A stretch of 64,000 bases of DNA, from NCBI RefSeq assembly GCF_004010195.1, contig NC_057719.1, forward strand, positions 49,507,272-49,571,271. Direction: 5' to 3'. This document shows, one piece after another, positions 1 through 13,555 of the stretch (position 1 is its first letter; each line of letters begins with the position of its first letter). The position numbers and the translations under genes are program-made. The notes under the pieces were generated by a model. The model did no database searches and was not told where the DNA came from. It saw nothing but the letters and a program-made list of their open reading frames with translations. Origin of the DNA: Chiloscyllium plagiosum (lineage: Eukaryota).

Positions 1-51
1 CTTACAGATGCTGCCAGACCTGCTGAGATTTTCCAGCATTTTCTCTTTTGG

Positions 52-1560
52 TCTCCTTACAAGTTTGTTTCTCAATTTCCCTCTGACTATTGGGGGGTCT
101 ATAATACAATCCCAATAAGGTTATTATCCCTTTCTTATTTCTCAGTTCCACCCAAATAACTTCCCTGGATGTATTTCCAGGAATATCTTCCCTCAGCACA
201 GCTGTAATGCTATCCCTTATCAAAAATGCCGCTCCCCCTCCTCTCTTGCCTCCCTTTCTGTCCTTCCTGTAGCATTTGTATCCTGGAACATTAAGCTGCC
301 AGTCCTGCCCATCCCTGAGCCATGTTTCTGTAATTGCTATGATATCCCATGCCCTGAGTTAATCTGCCTTCCCTGTTCCTTCATCTAGATTGTTCATGTA
401 TAAAGTGAAAAGTTGTGGTCCCAACATTGACTCTTACGGAACACCACTTGTCACCAGTTGTCATTCTGAGAAAGACCCTTTTATCCCCACTCTCTGCTTT
501 GTACCAGACAACCAAGTTTTTGTCCATGCTAGCACCTTGCGTCTGACACCATGGGCCCTTATCTTACTCAGTAGCCTCCTGTGCGGCACCTTGTCAAAGG
601 CTTTCTTGAAGTCCACATAGATAACGTCCATTAGCTCTCCTTGGTCTAACCTTCTCGTTACATCCTTAAAGAATTCTAGCAGATTTGTCAGGTATGACTT
701 CCCCTTGATGAAACACACTGACTTTGCCCTATTTTACCATACACTTCTAAGTATTCAGAAATCTCATCCTTCACAATGGATTCCAGGACCTAACTCCCAA
801 CCAAGGTTCGGCTAATCTGGCTGTAATTTTCTGTCTTTTGCCTTACGCCCTTTTCAAACAGGGGTATCACGTTAGTGATTTCCAGTTCTATCACCAGTAA
901 TGCCTCCACTATCTCTTCAGCTATCTCCCTTAGAACTCTGAGGTCTAGTCTATCTGGTTCGGGTGATTTATCCACATTCAGGCCATTCAGTTTTTCTAGC
1001 ATCTTCTCCTTAGTGTTGGCCACCATACTCAGTTCTGTCCCCTCTCTTGAATTTTTTGTGATATAACTCATGTCTTCCACTGTAAAGACTGACGCAAAAT
1101 AATTATTCAGTTCCTCAGCCATTTCCTTGTTCCCACTACTATCTCTCTAGTGTCCTTTTCCAGCAGCTCAATGTCCACTTTTGCTCTTTATATATCTAAA
1201 GAAACTCTGTCTTCCTTTATATTACAGACTAACTTACCCTCATATTTAATCCTCTCCTTCCTTATTTCTTTTCTTGTTACCCTTCTGTAAGCTTCCCACT
1301 GCCCTTCACATTATATGCTTTCTCTTTTGCTTTTATGCTATCCCTGACTTCCTCGCCAGCCGTGGTTACCTCATTCTCCGTGTACCATGCCTCCTTTTCC
1401 TCAGGGTGTCTCTGCTGTGTCTCCTGAATTCCTCCCAGAAACCCCTGCCATTGCTGTCTTTCCTGCTCGTCAGTTCTACCCAGCTCCTCACTCATGCCTG
1501 TCGTTGCTTTTATTCAGCTGTAATACTATTACCTCTGATTCTATCTTCTCCCTCTCAAAT
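52..1560 (-). mobile_element. CR1-type LINE ORF2 fragments (endonuclease and RT)
   Basis: Minus ORFs contain WVELRNKKG..LGLYYRPPN (APE domain), LNNYFASVFT and YVDFKKAFDKVPHRRL (RT). Broken by deletions. Confidence 0.9.
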
Positions 1561-1589
1561 TGCTCGGGTCTCATCCTTTCCAAATTTGC

Positions 1590-2370
1590 ATAAGTAATTT
1601 GGATGAAAGGAACAAAGATATAGTTGCTAAATTTGTTGATGAGACAGAGGAAAATAAAGGATTATAGATAATGTTTGTGGGCAAAGATCTGGCACATGGC
1701 ATCTAAGTGGGAAAAATCTGTAATTTTCTATTTTGGCAGGAAGAATGAAAGAGTGCAATTATTTAAATGGTGAAAGGTTAGAGGGCTGTGAGAATCATTT
1801 ATATCGGGGTTACCTAATGCAGGAATTGTGTAAGGTTAGTATTCAGGTGCAGCGGTAGTTGGGAAAGCTGATAGAATGTTACTGGTAACTGTGAGAGGTA
1901 TTGATTACAAGAGTTGTAAGGTCATGCTTTAGTTGCTTAGAGTATTGGTGAGACCACATCTGGACTATTAGGAGAAAGTGAGGACTGCAGATGCTGGAGA
2001 TCAGAGCTGAAAATGTGTTGCTGGAAAAGCGCAGCAGGTCAGGCAGCATCCAATGAGCAGGAGAATCGACATTTCGGGCACGAGCCCTTCTTCAGGAATG
2101 AGGAAAGTGAAGAAGGGCTCATGCCTGAAACGTCGATTCTCCTGCTCTTTGGATGCTGCCTGACCTGCTGCGGTTTTCCAGCAACATATTTTCACATCTG
2201 GACTATTGTCTAGAGTTCCTTTACTTAAGGAAGATTTAACTGGAACTGGGGATTTAAGACAGGTGAGTAGTAATCTTTTCTCAGAGTAGTGAGTCTTTGG
2301 AACTGTCTTCATCAAAAGGCAGTGGATGCAGGTGCTTTGAGTGTTTTTAAAGCAGGGGTAGACAGAGACA
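1590..2370 (+). mobile_element. Highly degraded CR1 3' portion, interrupted by a PLE palindrome
   Basis: Decayed KFADDTK / LVRPHLEY / RVVSLWN coding remnants. Confidence 0.7.
1970..2192. mobile_element. PLE-derived fold-back mini-element with hammerhead motif
   Basis: Inverted arms (gctggaaaagcgcagcaggtcaggcagcatcc... / ...ggatgctgcctgacctgctgcggttttccagc). 15-bp TSD cacatctggactatt at 1955-1969 and 2193-2207. Confidence 0.88.
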
Positions 2371-3387
2371 GATCCAATAAAATGGGTGTTATGACAGCGG
2401 GTGAGACTGGGAAGGCAACCTAGTCATCTTCATCCATAGGATTTGCTGAAGTGACCTTTGCACTGATCAGAGCACTGCAAATTGATTTTCCTTCTCTCGA
2501 TACTTTTGTTTGTTTGCTGGAGGCACTGGTTCCCACTTATAAATGTTTTTTATTTATCAATTAAATTCAACAGCTTATAGCAACCAAAAGGAGGAAATAA
2601 ATTTACTGCCTCCATGATTGAGGTACCTTTTACTCCAGAGAAAACAGCTCCTGTTTTGCTCCTCTCAAACAGTACAGCTACCTTGAAGCCAAAAACTTAG
2701 TTGCTGGCAGAGAGAGGGCCCTTATCATCAATGACTGGTCTGTTGACTACTGATCCGTCAGCTTTAATTGTCAGCCAAAGCTCCCTTCACACAGCCCTTT
2801 GCTTCAACTTGTCTGCAAGCCAGCCTACTGCTACTGCTTGATACAGTACAGCAGTCCATCAACGATCTTTGTTTTTTAAAAGTTATTTTCCCATTTCAGT
2901 GCACAAAGGTACAACAAAATAGATAGTTTTACACTTGCAAAATTCCTGTCCTCAGGACAGATCCCCAAATATCTGTTGCTTAAGGACTACTCTACTGAGC
3001 TACCCAAAGATAGAAATCACAAAGCCTGCTAGACGTTATCCTTGTTTTGAGGGACTGATGGTTGTGACTAAATTGAAAATATATGTAAATTGCTGGGTTA
3101 TCCAGAAGGAGTGTTTTGGGCCTTGGATGATAAGAGGAGATATTAAAGAATAGGTGTTGCATCTCCTATGTTCACATGGAAAAAAAATGTTGTGTGCAGG
3201 GATGACTGAGAAGGGTGCCATGTGTCATAAAGGGGAAAAGGCTGTAGTGAGAAAGATTTGTTTGGCGGCATGCTGGAGAAGTTTACAATTGTAGAACATG
3301 ATCCATTTATGGGGCTGTTGGGGCAGAAGCTATCCCGACTGCTACCATTTTGTCTCCTTTTCTTTGCATGTCAGCCTTAAATTTTTT

Positions 3388-3700
3388 TAGATTAGATTAG
3401 ATTTTTAGATTACATTACAGTGTGGAAACAGGCCCTTCGGCCCAACAAGTCAACACCGACCCGCCGAAGCACAACACACCCATACCCCTAACCTAACACT
3501 ACGGGCAATTTAGTATGGCCAATTCACCTGACCTGCACATCTTTGGACTGTGGGAGGAAACCCGAGCACCCGGAGGAAACCCACGCAGACACGGGGAGAA
3601 CGTGCAAACTCCACACAGTCAATCGCCTGAGGCGAGAATTGAACCCCAGACTCTGGCGCTGTGAGGCAGCAGTGCTAACCACTGGGCCACCGTGCCGCCC
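3388..3700 (-). mobile_element. HE1-type (V-domain) tRNA-derived SINE
   Basis: Minus strand starts gggcggcacggtggcccagtggttagcact (A/B-box head), has V-domain tgtgtggagtttgcacgttctcccc, a CR1-like tail gggccgaagggcctgtt and (atcta)n. Confidence 0.9.
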
Positions 3701-3914
3701 ACGGTGTTTTGCTGTCAGACAGCAATTGTTTATTATTGTCATTTGAATCTCCTCTGTACCCATTTTTTGTTTCTTGTCCCATTACTGCTCCCTTTGGCTG
3801 TGCTGCAGCTGTTCTATCATGTAATGTCTCCTGTCTTGTTTCCTATGTTGGATCTTTCCTTAATCCACCCTCCGCTTTTGCACTTGAAAAAAGCTGTTAA
3901 ATTTCCAATTTCCC

Positions 3915-4005
3915 AATTCTGATGAAAGGTTAGGCCTGAAACTCGACTTTTTTCTTCCCACGGATGCTATGGACCTGTGGGTGTTTCCAACATTTTGTGT
4001 TTAAA
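3915..4005 (+). mobile_element. Degenerate PLE-terminal relic with decayed hammerhead core
   Basis: ctgatga-aaggttaggcct-gaaa followed by ...cacggatgctatggacctgtgggtgtttccaacattttg. Related relics at 1-50, 11240-11315 and 61225-61285. Confidence 0.5.
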
Positions 4006-4500
4006 ATTTCCATCTTTCTGAATGTTTTGCTTTTGGATTTATTTTTAAGGTACTTTTTAATCGCTAATAGTTCCCATGGTGCCTCTCAGTGCCACAATCA
4101 GGCAAAATTCAATACTGAACCACTTGAGACAATCTTGGGACAGAAGACCAAACGTTTGGTCAAATTGGTAGGTTTTAAGGTGTGCCTTAAAAGTGAAAAA
4201 TGAGGTGGAGAGATTTGGGAGGTAATTCCAGAGCTTTAGGACTAAATCAGCTGAAAGTATGTCTGCTACTTGTTGAGTGATTGATTAAAACCAGGGATTC
4301 TTGAGTCTCGAAGTAGAAGTTGGCAAATATTACCTAGGGCTGTTGACCTGGAGATGTTAATCCAGGAAATGGGGAGTAGCATCATGCAATAAATTGGAAA
4401 CTAGGATAAGAATTTTAAAATCCAACTGTTGCTTAACCAGAGCCTGGTGTTGGTCAGCAGGTGCAATGGGGATGACTAAACAGAACTTGGTAAAAATGAG

Positions 4501-5043
4501 TGTCGTCCCGTTATTCCCCTCCATCAAAGCAAAACGTTCAGAGACACAGTATAGTTTAACCTCTTTCATCTTTATTCTGGGCCCTGGAGGGAAAGAGCAC
4601 AATCGCCCATTTGCACAGGGACATGAGTTGTCAGCCTTCTCTCTCGAACAGCAGTTTCTCAATGAATTATATAGTCATTTTACAGGGTGGAGTATCCAGG
4701 TAAAGCAACACACATTAATTGGGTGACTGTTACAATGAGCGGGTGTCAGTAGTAAAGATTAAACCATTTGCTGTTGCACAATGAATGTTCTTAACCAACT
4801 TCACATAATGATTACTTTTCACCTTGTTAAACTGACCTTACATCCTGAATGGTTCCAATATTGTTAAATGGTTCTACATAATGAATGCTTTTCCACCTTG
4901 ATAACTCATTATTCTTGCATCCAGCACTCCATTGTTAACTGAAAGTGCTTACATGATCTGAGTCATGCTCAGCTGAACCTCTTGTTTCATAAAACTCAGA
5001 GCTTAACTCTTTCCTACCTGCTTATACCCTATACATATTCTCA
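4501..5043 (-). mobile_element. Probable solo LTR (minus orientation)
   Basis: Minus strand runs TGAGAA...GGGACGACA (TG..CA), with TATATAA near 4667-4673 and AATAAA at 4571-4576 about 100 nt apart. Interrupts an L2-like relic. No clean TSD. Confidence 0.5.
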
Positions 5044-7883
5044 TTGGGACACAGTGGTTTGGATTATATGGATATGATTACAGAATGGAGAATATGGTAT
5101 GTGTCCATGAGTATATTGGAATATTCAAAGTCACAGTGAGGATTCTAGCAATGTTTGAAATAGCACTAGGGCATTCATCCCCTTATGATTTCCTATGTTA
5201 TTTCATAAAATCATGAATGATCTGCCCCAGGTCTCAATGATTCTATTGTACTAGCTTCTCCTAGCTCTCCTCTCTAAATATTTTTAGAGATATGGCTTCC
5301 ATAGCTCTCTGAGATGTAGCATTCCAGAACTGTGATAGGAGTTTCTTCACTTTACAGTTTTAAGTGAGTGTCCTTCTATTCTGTAACTGTGTCCCTTAGT
5401 TTGAGATTTTCCCACTGGTGGAAATATCATCTCAACATCTACCATTTCAATCCCCTCTGACTAATTTTGGTCTTAGCAATATTGCTTTCATGTATTTGAC
5501 GAAAAATGTAATACTATACATGAGACTAAGAGCTGTGTGTACCTTTTATTTATGTACATCCAAATTTATATACTTTTTTGTTCAGACTGTTCAGAATTTA
5601 ATATTGAATGGGTTTGAGAATACATTTCTAAATGCAATCGTGTTGCACCTGATTTTTTGATTTAGCAAAAGTGACACCGCACATTTAAATGCTCTTTTTT
5701 TTAAAAAAAAGTCAGCAGTACTGATTGTGCAATTAAGCGCAGGCCTGTCATATTGTATTACAGGTTTTATTTGGAAACAAAGTTGTTGTTCTCTGGGTAG
5801 TATGGTCACATCCCTCCCAATTAAGATGATTTCTAGCTGCCTTGAACTAGTGTGGTCTTTGTAGTGGGCTCGTCATATGAGAAGTGGTTGAGGACTCATG
5901 GTCTGCACTTTGAGTGTAAAAGGATGAGGGTGGGGAGGGGGGTGATGGGGGATCCCATTGACATTCTCAGAATAAAAAGAGAGTAAAACAGTGTTGAATC
6001 TGGAACTCATTACCCCAGGAGGCTGTGGAGGCCAAATCACTGAGTATATTTAAGACAGAGAGAAGGAGGTTCGTGCTTCGTAAGAAGATAAGGAGTATGA
6101 GGAGAATCAGGTTGAGAAACATATCAGCCACGATCAAATGGCAGAACAGACTCCATAGGCTGAATGGCCTAAGTTGGTTCTGACAACTTATGGTCTTATG
6201 GAATGTTCATTAATTTCAGTAATTGTTAGTTCTACTTCATTAGGAGTCCTATTTGTCTGCTTAAAGAAAAATAAGGCACCTCTTTCCAAAACATTATACC
6301 ATGCTGTGGCAGATATAGTTGCCTAAAACTTTTGAGTGAACTCATTTTAATGTTTTAATAAATTTTTTTTAGCTTTGAGAAAAATCCACTATTAGCTTGG
6401 TTCCAGCATACATGGATAAGCATACAGTAAAGAAATTCTGACTGCCCATTTAGCTCGGTTCACTCTGCTGCCTGTGTCTTAAATTGCACCAAAATACGGT
6501 TCAGTTTTCATCACTGTGCTTGTTGGCCTATTTTGTCTCCCAATCCATCAACACCTCAATTTGAAAACATTCATCCCCGTTTTCAAATTTTATATGGTCT
6601 CATTTTGAATTGTCCCACAGTTCCACAACTTTCTGTGATATCTTTGCATCTCTGTACTGGCTTTTTCAGCATCAAGATTGGTGTTCATCCCATCAGCTAC
6701 AAAAACTTGGAAGCTTGGAAATTCTCTTCTTCAACCTCTACTCCACTCTTCCTTGCTTTCCTCCTTTTCAGGCACTCCATAGAAGCCACCTCTTTGATCA
6801 AACCTTTGGTTTTCTGCCTTAATGTGGTTCAGTGTCAAATTTTGTGTAATGCCCCGTGAAGCACATTATAATCTTTTGTAATACTAAAGATTCCGTATAA
6901 TTGTTTTACAGAATAAATGGTGGATTGTAATTGAAATACATGTTCTTATTAATTTGTTTTACGAAGTTATTTAAACCAATGTTTCAGTAATATTGAGAGA
7001 TCATTTTCAGATCTCTTGTTAGGCAGCTCCTGATGGCCGCGTACGATTTGGATCCTCACTAAAAAATGACTGCTGTGGTGACTTGAGTCTAATGCCCAAC
7101 CTACAGTCTCTGTCAGAGATGGGACAAACAGTGGTTGAGAGAATGGGGGCGGGGGGGTGGGGGAGAATGCCTGGGTTTCCCCTGCATTTATTTCACTGTT
7201 GTGTTTGACTTGGCTGTGAAGCACTGTGGGGAATCCTGAAGAAATTAAAGCTATTATATAAATGCAACCTATTCTTTGAACAAACCACTTTGAAAATAAA
7301 AAGATGGTACATACAATTTTAAGAAACTCCCAACTAATTAGATATTTCCAAATAATGTTACAAGAATTGTTACTTGTTAATTCACAGGAGCAAGGGAAAG
7401 AGACACTAATTTATTATTAAAACAATAATGCTAGAATAGGGTTTGAAGAACTAGGATTTCTTTTATTTTTCCAAATGCAGCAATGTTGTTGAATTTGCTT
7501 CAGGTGGTATCTTCCAGATTGCAACAGCAGTTTTCAAAAAGGGACTAAATGTCTACTTAAAAATGAGGAAGGAGAAATTTGAAGGAATGAGAGGAAACAG
7601 CAGAGGAATAGAGTTAAGTTGCAGTTCTTTCAAAGACTTAGCAGAGATATGACCGGCAAAGAGTATCCTTCTGTGCTCAATATACATTAGGAAAAATGAA
7701 ATTCCTGTCAACGTTGCCTGGAATTTGTCAACATACGGAACCAACAAAATCATTCACTATTTTAGAAAAAGATTTTACCACACCAGCAGAAGTCAATGTA
7801 GTCCTACAATTAAATATGGTTGTAAATTTGATTTTACTGCATTTAGAATTTCTACAATATAGTTCGAAGCACTTGTCCTTTAA

Positions 7884-8600
7884 CAAAAGAGACCTTGGAG
7901 TGCAGGTTCATAGCTCCTTGAAAGTGGAGTCTCAGGCAGATAGGATAGTGAAGAAGGCGTTTGGTATGCTTTCTTTTATTGGTCAGAGTATTGAGTCCAG
8001 GAGTTGGGAAGTCATGTTGCAGCTGTACAAGACATTGGTTAGGCCACTGTTGGAATACGGAGTGCAATTCTGGTCTCCTTCCTATCGGAAAGATGTTGTG
8101 AAACTTGAAAGGGTTCAGAAAAGATTTACAAGGATGTTACCAGGGTTTGAGGATTTGAGCTGTAGGCAGAGACTGAACAGGCTGGGGCTGTTTTCCCTGG
8201 AGCGTCGGAGGTTGAGGGGTGACCTTATAGAGGTTTACAAAATGATCAGGGACATGGATAGGATAAATAGGGAAAGTCTTTTCCCTGGGGTCGGGGAATC
8301 CAGAACTAGAGGGCATAGGTTTAGGGTGAGAGGGGAAAGATATAAAAGGGACCTAAGGGGCAACTGTTTCGTGCAGAGCGTGATACCTGTATGGAATGAG
8401 CTGCAGAGGAAGTGGTGGAGGCTGGTACAATTGCAACATTTAAGAGGCACTTGGATGGGTATATGAATAGGAAGGGTTTGGAGGAATATGGGCCGTGTGC
8501 TGGCAGGTGGGACTAGATTGGGTTCGGATATCTGGTCAGCATGGATGGGTTGGACCGAAGGGTCTGTTTCCATGCTGTACATCCCTATGACTCTGACTCT
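7884..8600 (+). mobile_element. CR1/HER1 LINE 3' end
   Basis: RDLGVQVHSSLK...LVRPLLEY..QFWSP...LERVQKRFTRM...LRGDLIEVYK; 3' tail gaagggtctgtttcc...(ctatga). Confidence 0.95.
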
Positions 8601-8830
8601 AGAACCAAAATATTATTGAACTGAAACTCCGGGCTAAAAAGTAAACAAAATGAATTGTGAACAAAGCAGAGATATTAAGCTTGCAGAAACCTATTCCTGC
8701 TTGATTAGAATTATTATTTTGTTTAAAGAAAAACTGAAAATAAAGTAGCAAATTTAGTGTCAATTCACTTTGCAGTTATGCATTTTAACATTGGTGAGAA
8801 GTCTTAATAAGGCTATCTAAATTTATAGTT

Positions 8831-8962
8831 GAGAGTGTGTTGCTGGAAAAGCGCAGCAGGTTAGGCAACATCCGAAAATTGATGTTTCAGACTGGAGCCC
8901 GTCAGGAATTCCAGCAACACACTCAACTCTGATCTCCAGCATCTGCATACCTCAGTCTCATG
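8831..8962. mobile_element. PLE-derived fold-back mini-element (132 bp)
   Basis: Arms gagagtgtgttgctgg.../...ccagcaacacactc, with tail tgatctccagcatctgca. 15-bp TSD tctaaatttatagtt at 8816-8830 and 8963-8977. Confidence 0.82.
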
Positions 8963-8992
8963 TCTAAATTTATAGTTCATTCTGTTCCTGTA

Positions 8993-9138
8993 CAGTTAAT
9001 TCTGCTATAACGAGAGTTGGTTTAAATGCAATTGAAGAATTTAATCTGTTATTTATAGAACGCAAACTTTCCTTACCTGCATTGATCATTCGCAATTCAT
9101 ACGAGACTGCAACTATCGTGTTTTATCAGAACCAACTG
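8993..9138. mobile_element. Tc1/mariner (Tigger/pogo-like) MITE
   Basis: TA|cagttaattctgctataac ... gttttatcagaaccaactg|TA; TIRs 15/19 identical. Confidence 0.65.
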
Positions 9139-9559
9139 TATTTAAAAAAATGATTGAAAAGTTCCTGTAGTGAAAATAAGTGCACCCTGCATATCTACAC
9201 GTGGGAAATTTGGCCTAAAACTACATGAAATGGAGGAAAAGTCTCTGGGAAAGATCTGCACACCTGGAGTGTCATCTCCAATGAGAATCTGAAGTCAAGC
9301 ACAACAGTGAAGTAAATGCAGGCGAACCCAGGCATTCTCTACCTCCCCCCAACATTCTCTCAACCACTGTTTGTCCCATCTCTGACAGACTGTAGTTTGG
9401 GCACGAGACTTGAGTCACCACAGCAATCATTTTTAGTGAACTACAGTAATCAATTGTGCAGAAGTTGCCACAAACAGCAAGAAACTGGCCCATTTAAACT
9501 GTTTTGGCAGTCCTATTTGAAGGAAGAAAATTGATTACGACAACCACCAGCTTGTCTTT

Positions 9560-9720
9560 GAAAAAGCATCATCAGATCTTTTACACCCACTTGAACAAGC
9601 GGAGTAATGGCTTATTTAACTTTTTGCACAAAGGAGCCCCACTCCTCAAGAGAGTAGTACTTCTATTCATATCTTCCACTGGTGCTTGAACTTGCAGTTT
9701 TCCCACTGAGAATGTTAGCA
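9560..9720 (-). mobile_element. Degraded Deu-domain SINE
   Basis: gatcttttacacccacttgaacaagc...tttaac resembles the reverse complement of the Deu core. Related pieces at 32390-32590 and 63830-64000. Confidence 0.5.
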
Positions 9721-12700
9721 TTGAACTGTTAAAGGTTTGCATGTTCTTTCACTATCTAGAAAAAAGATCTATCCCATTAAAAACATCGCAAGTTGAGTAA
9801 GGGTCTTCAACTCTGTTCATTTCTGGAAAGCATAATATATTTCGAAATTTAGAGAATGCATACTGTTGTGACACTTTTTGGATTTAGTATTCTGAGTCGT
9901 ATAAATGAGAAAATAAACCAGGGAAAGTGTGTATTTTGAATCTAAAGATCTTAATAGGCTAGAATGATTTTCATCTGCAAATAATAAAAATATCCAATAC
10001 ATATCTTCCATCATTGCATATATATGATGCACTATATATAAACTCTGCATTCATTGTGGCAACCTGTATATATTACTTTGGTAATACCACCTCCTTTGTG
10101 ACCTGATGCCAAGAGTGATAGGGGAAACAGTGTTATAAGGGATACAATTACCACCACATTCCTTTCTAAGATACATTTTGTTGTGGATTTTACAAACATG
10201 ATGGTTTGTTCATCATCACTGGGTCAAAATTCTGTGCCTGGCATCATCATGGCTGTTTCGCTGCCAAAGGGACTAATGTGGTTCAAGGTGATGGCCCACA
10301 ACATCTTGGAGCAACTAGGTATGAGCAATAAACAAAGTCTTGATAGTGGAACTCTGAACCTTAAGAAGTAGAAATTTCCATTGAAAGCACAGGACCATGA
10401 GGCCATAAGGCAATGTAATTGTAGATTTTATATTAAGAGGCACAGAACACAAAGGTAATGTTTTTTGTTGGAATATTGCTGGCAATGAGAGATGGCTGGT
10501 GTTAGAGAGCTGTTTCTACAAACCTAAAAGATCCAGGATGTTAACCTGTTTCCACTGGATCATAACAAGAACACAAATTGAAGATAATCCAGAATTAAAG
10601 GTCAGAAAAAAAACTAATTTAGAACATGGAATTATCTGCCATAAAGTTTATGTTGAATTATGGTTCACAAATTATTTTAAAATCTATGGTTGCTTGGAGG
10701 AATATGCTGTGTTATAGATCTTTTTAAATTCTTTCATAAGATAGGTGAATGTTTGACAAGGTGCTTATTCGATTTCCATCTCTAGATGTACCAGCGAAGG
10801 TGGTGTTTAGCTGTTTTACTGAATCCCTGAAGTTCATGTAGCGTGGGTATATTCATAGTTTATAGCAAAGGAGTTCCAGGACTTCAATGTAGTGACAGTG
10901 ATAGTCATATTTACCCAAGTCAGTATCGTATGTGTGGCTTCAAGGAAGGCTTGCTGATGGTGTTCCTGTGTAATTATTGTCCTTGCTCTTTCAGATGTTA
11001 GAGTGTATTAGTTTGGAAGATGATGTTGAAAAAAAGGAAATGAGTAAGGAAGTAGGATTTAACTCTGTGGCTTGTGCAGAGAAATAATCTGATGGATAAA
11101 ATGCCCTCCCTCTGTCTCCTAATATTCAGTAAAGATCCTGGTGCAATGCATATTCTGTGTTTCTAATTATGGAGATGCTTTAAGTAACCTTAGAATACAA
11201 AAAGTAAAATTGACCTCCTTTCCTAAATGCAGAAGATAAACAGTCACCGGACTCTGCTTTCTTCCCCCAGATGCTGTCAGAACTACTGAGTTTCACGAAC
11301 AATTTGTTTTTGTTTCAAAACTATACATTTTTTTTTGTGTTTCAATCGTGTTGTAAATCATATCTTCAGAAATAATTCAAAGTCATTTTCAAAATAAGGA
11401 ATCTGTCAGTTTCTGCACTGAGGGTGGTTATTGCAATGATATTCCACATTAAAATAGAATCTTAAATGTAAAAAGTAAACAATGCACTATTTGTGGTTGC
11501 AACGGTTTGCTGATCTGTGAAGAAGTATCTTCTACTTAAGAGGTAACCCAGTCATACTGGAGGTTGAATTCTTTCTATCTAACAACAGACAGGATCAGGA
11601 GTGGGCAATTTAACCCTCAAGCGTGTTCTGCCATTTATTGAAATCCATTATTTAATTCCAAATCACTTGATTTCCTCTATATACCTTTTGGTTAACCAAA
11701 GTTAATCAATCTCTGACTTATAATTAATGATTCATCTGGCATCAATTACCATTTTCAAAAGAAAGTTCCAAAAATTGTTTGATTCTGATGTCCCCTTGCA
11801 AGTCCTTTTCCTATGCGCCTTTTGTAACCCTTACTGTTTAGTAACGTTTTGATCTTTATAGCTGTCCCAGGTGCCAAGATTTATAATAGCTTCTGCATTT
11901 GTGCTTTCTTCTTTTAGTTTATATGTTGTTCCTTACCTCTTAACTGCTTGAGGTTTTATTTGGCAATGTGAGTTTTTAAAGGGGGTGTAATCTAGTTCAG
12001 TATCATTTTTTGAAAGACCTTTACTGATCTGGTTTTATGTATCAGATTTACAAAATTCAATTTGACTGGACTCTATCATCCCAATGAAGTCTTCCCCTAC
12101 CCCAGTTTCTGCATTTGCTCAATCTTTTCTGCAGATCAATTAGCCAAGTATATTTGGCTCCCATCATGTTACAGATATGGCTACTATGCATTGGCTCCCA
12201 AGTTGAATTTCAACATGCAATTCATTAAATTTGTTCTTTATATTCTGTGTTTGGATGAAGAATGCTTGCTCAGGCCACACAACCAAATATTTCATTCAGA
12301 TTTATTTCTTTCTTTTTGCTTTAATTAATTTGTTTTTTCTTTAATTGTAATAGCTAAAGTAAAGTGCACTTTCTGATTACTACTGTTTTCCTTTTTTGTT
12401 TTCAAACAACCTATGCCATCTTTTTCACCTGAGCTCTTCTCCAACAGTTCACAGTATTTCCTCACTATTCTCCCTTTCCACAAGGATCCAAGGATTCAGG
12501 TGGAGTCCAGCACTAATACCAGTGTCCTATAAAATGGAAGCATCTTTCCTAATCTGCTACAGGTCCACGCATTCACGTTCTTGTATTGTTTATCCCCATT
12601 TCAACTTGCTGTTGGCTCTGGTCATTACAAGGAGATTATAACCCTCGAGGTCTCCTAATTTAACTGCAATTGCTGGGTACTTTTCAAAACAGGATCACTT

Positions 12701-13036
12701 GCCCACAGCTCCAAATGTTCTTGGTTCCAATATGGATCTTAACAGCTCAACCCTGCTTTCTTATCAATATGAAAGCAGGGTTTCATATGAACCCTGGAAA
12801 TAGTCCACATCCTGGTGTTAGGTTCGCAACATGCCATGTGGCAAGTAGGACTCTACATCCTGCTTACCAAGGGTGTGATCTTTCCCCTTAATTATTGCGT
12901 TCAAGAATTGCTAAATTTTGCTCTCCCCGCCTCCCTCCTTCTGACAATCTCTCAATCCAAAGTGTTATGGTCTACATTTCAGCTGATCTAGGAGTCTTAT
13001 CTGCAAAGGTAGGAAGTTCAGGTAACTGTTGGTCAT

Positions 13037-13555
13037 TATAGAAGCAATTTGGATGAGAATATAGGAGGCATGATTAACAACTTTGCAGCTGATCCCACAT
13101 TTAGTGGTATAGAGGACAGTGAAGATGGTGATCTAAACGTACAACAGGAATGGCAAATGGAGTTTAAGTTAGATAAATACAAAGTGTTGCGCTTTGATAA
13201 GACAAACCAGCGCAGGATGTACACAGTTACCCTAAGGGCCCTGGGGAGTGTTGTCGAACAGAGAGATGTAGGGGTGCAGGTACATAGTTCCTTGAAAGTG
13301 GTGCCATAGGAAGACATGGTAGTGAAGAAGATGTTTGCCATGCTTGCTTTCATTGGTCAGAGCATTGAGTATAGACGTTGGGATTGTACAAGACATTGAT
13401 AAGGCACGTTTGGAGTACTGGGGTGTGTGTTTGCGTGTGCGTGTGTTCCGATGGTTCGAGGGCACATGAATACGTCCGTGAATAGGAAAGGGTTACAGGC
13501 TTATGGGCCAAATGCAAGCAAGTGGGACTAGTACAGTTTGGGAAATATAGTTGGC
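13037..13555 (+). mobile_element. CR1 RT/3' fragment with internal deletions
   Basis: DENIGGMINNFAAD...WQMEF...QRDVGVQVHSSLK. Confidence 0.85.

Larger units (their letters stand above)
7056..9438. repeat. Inverted pair of ~150-bp LINE 3'-like relics (7056-7211 and 9292-9438)
   Basis: ctgtcagagatgggacaaacagtggttgagagaatg at ~7110 is the reverse complement of cattctctcaaccactgtttgtcccatctctgacag at ~9353. Confidence 0.85.

Noticed and set aside
1970..2192. Palindromes as DNA-transposon MITEs or miRNA genes
   Set aside because: Arms are asymmetric, TSDs are 14-16 bp, and the sequence matches the 3' end of the PLE at 57540-57677.
7696..8466. 256-aa ORF as a host gene
   Set aside because: Chance upstream frame fused to a 5'-truncated CR1 ORF2 C-terminus, ending in a frameshift.
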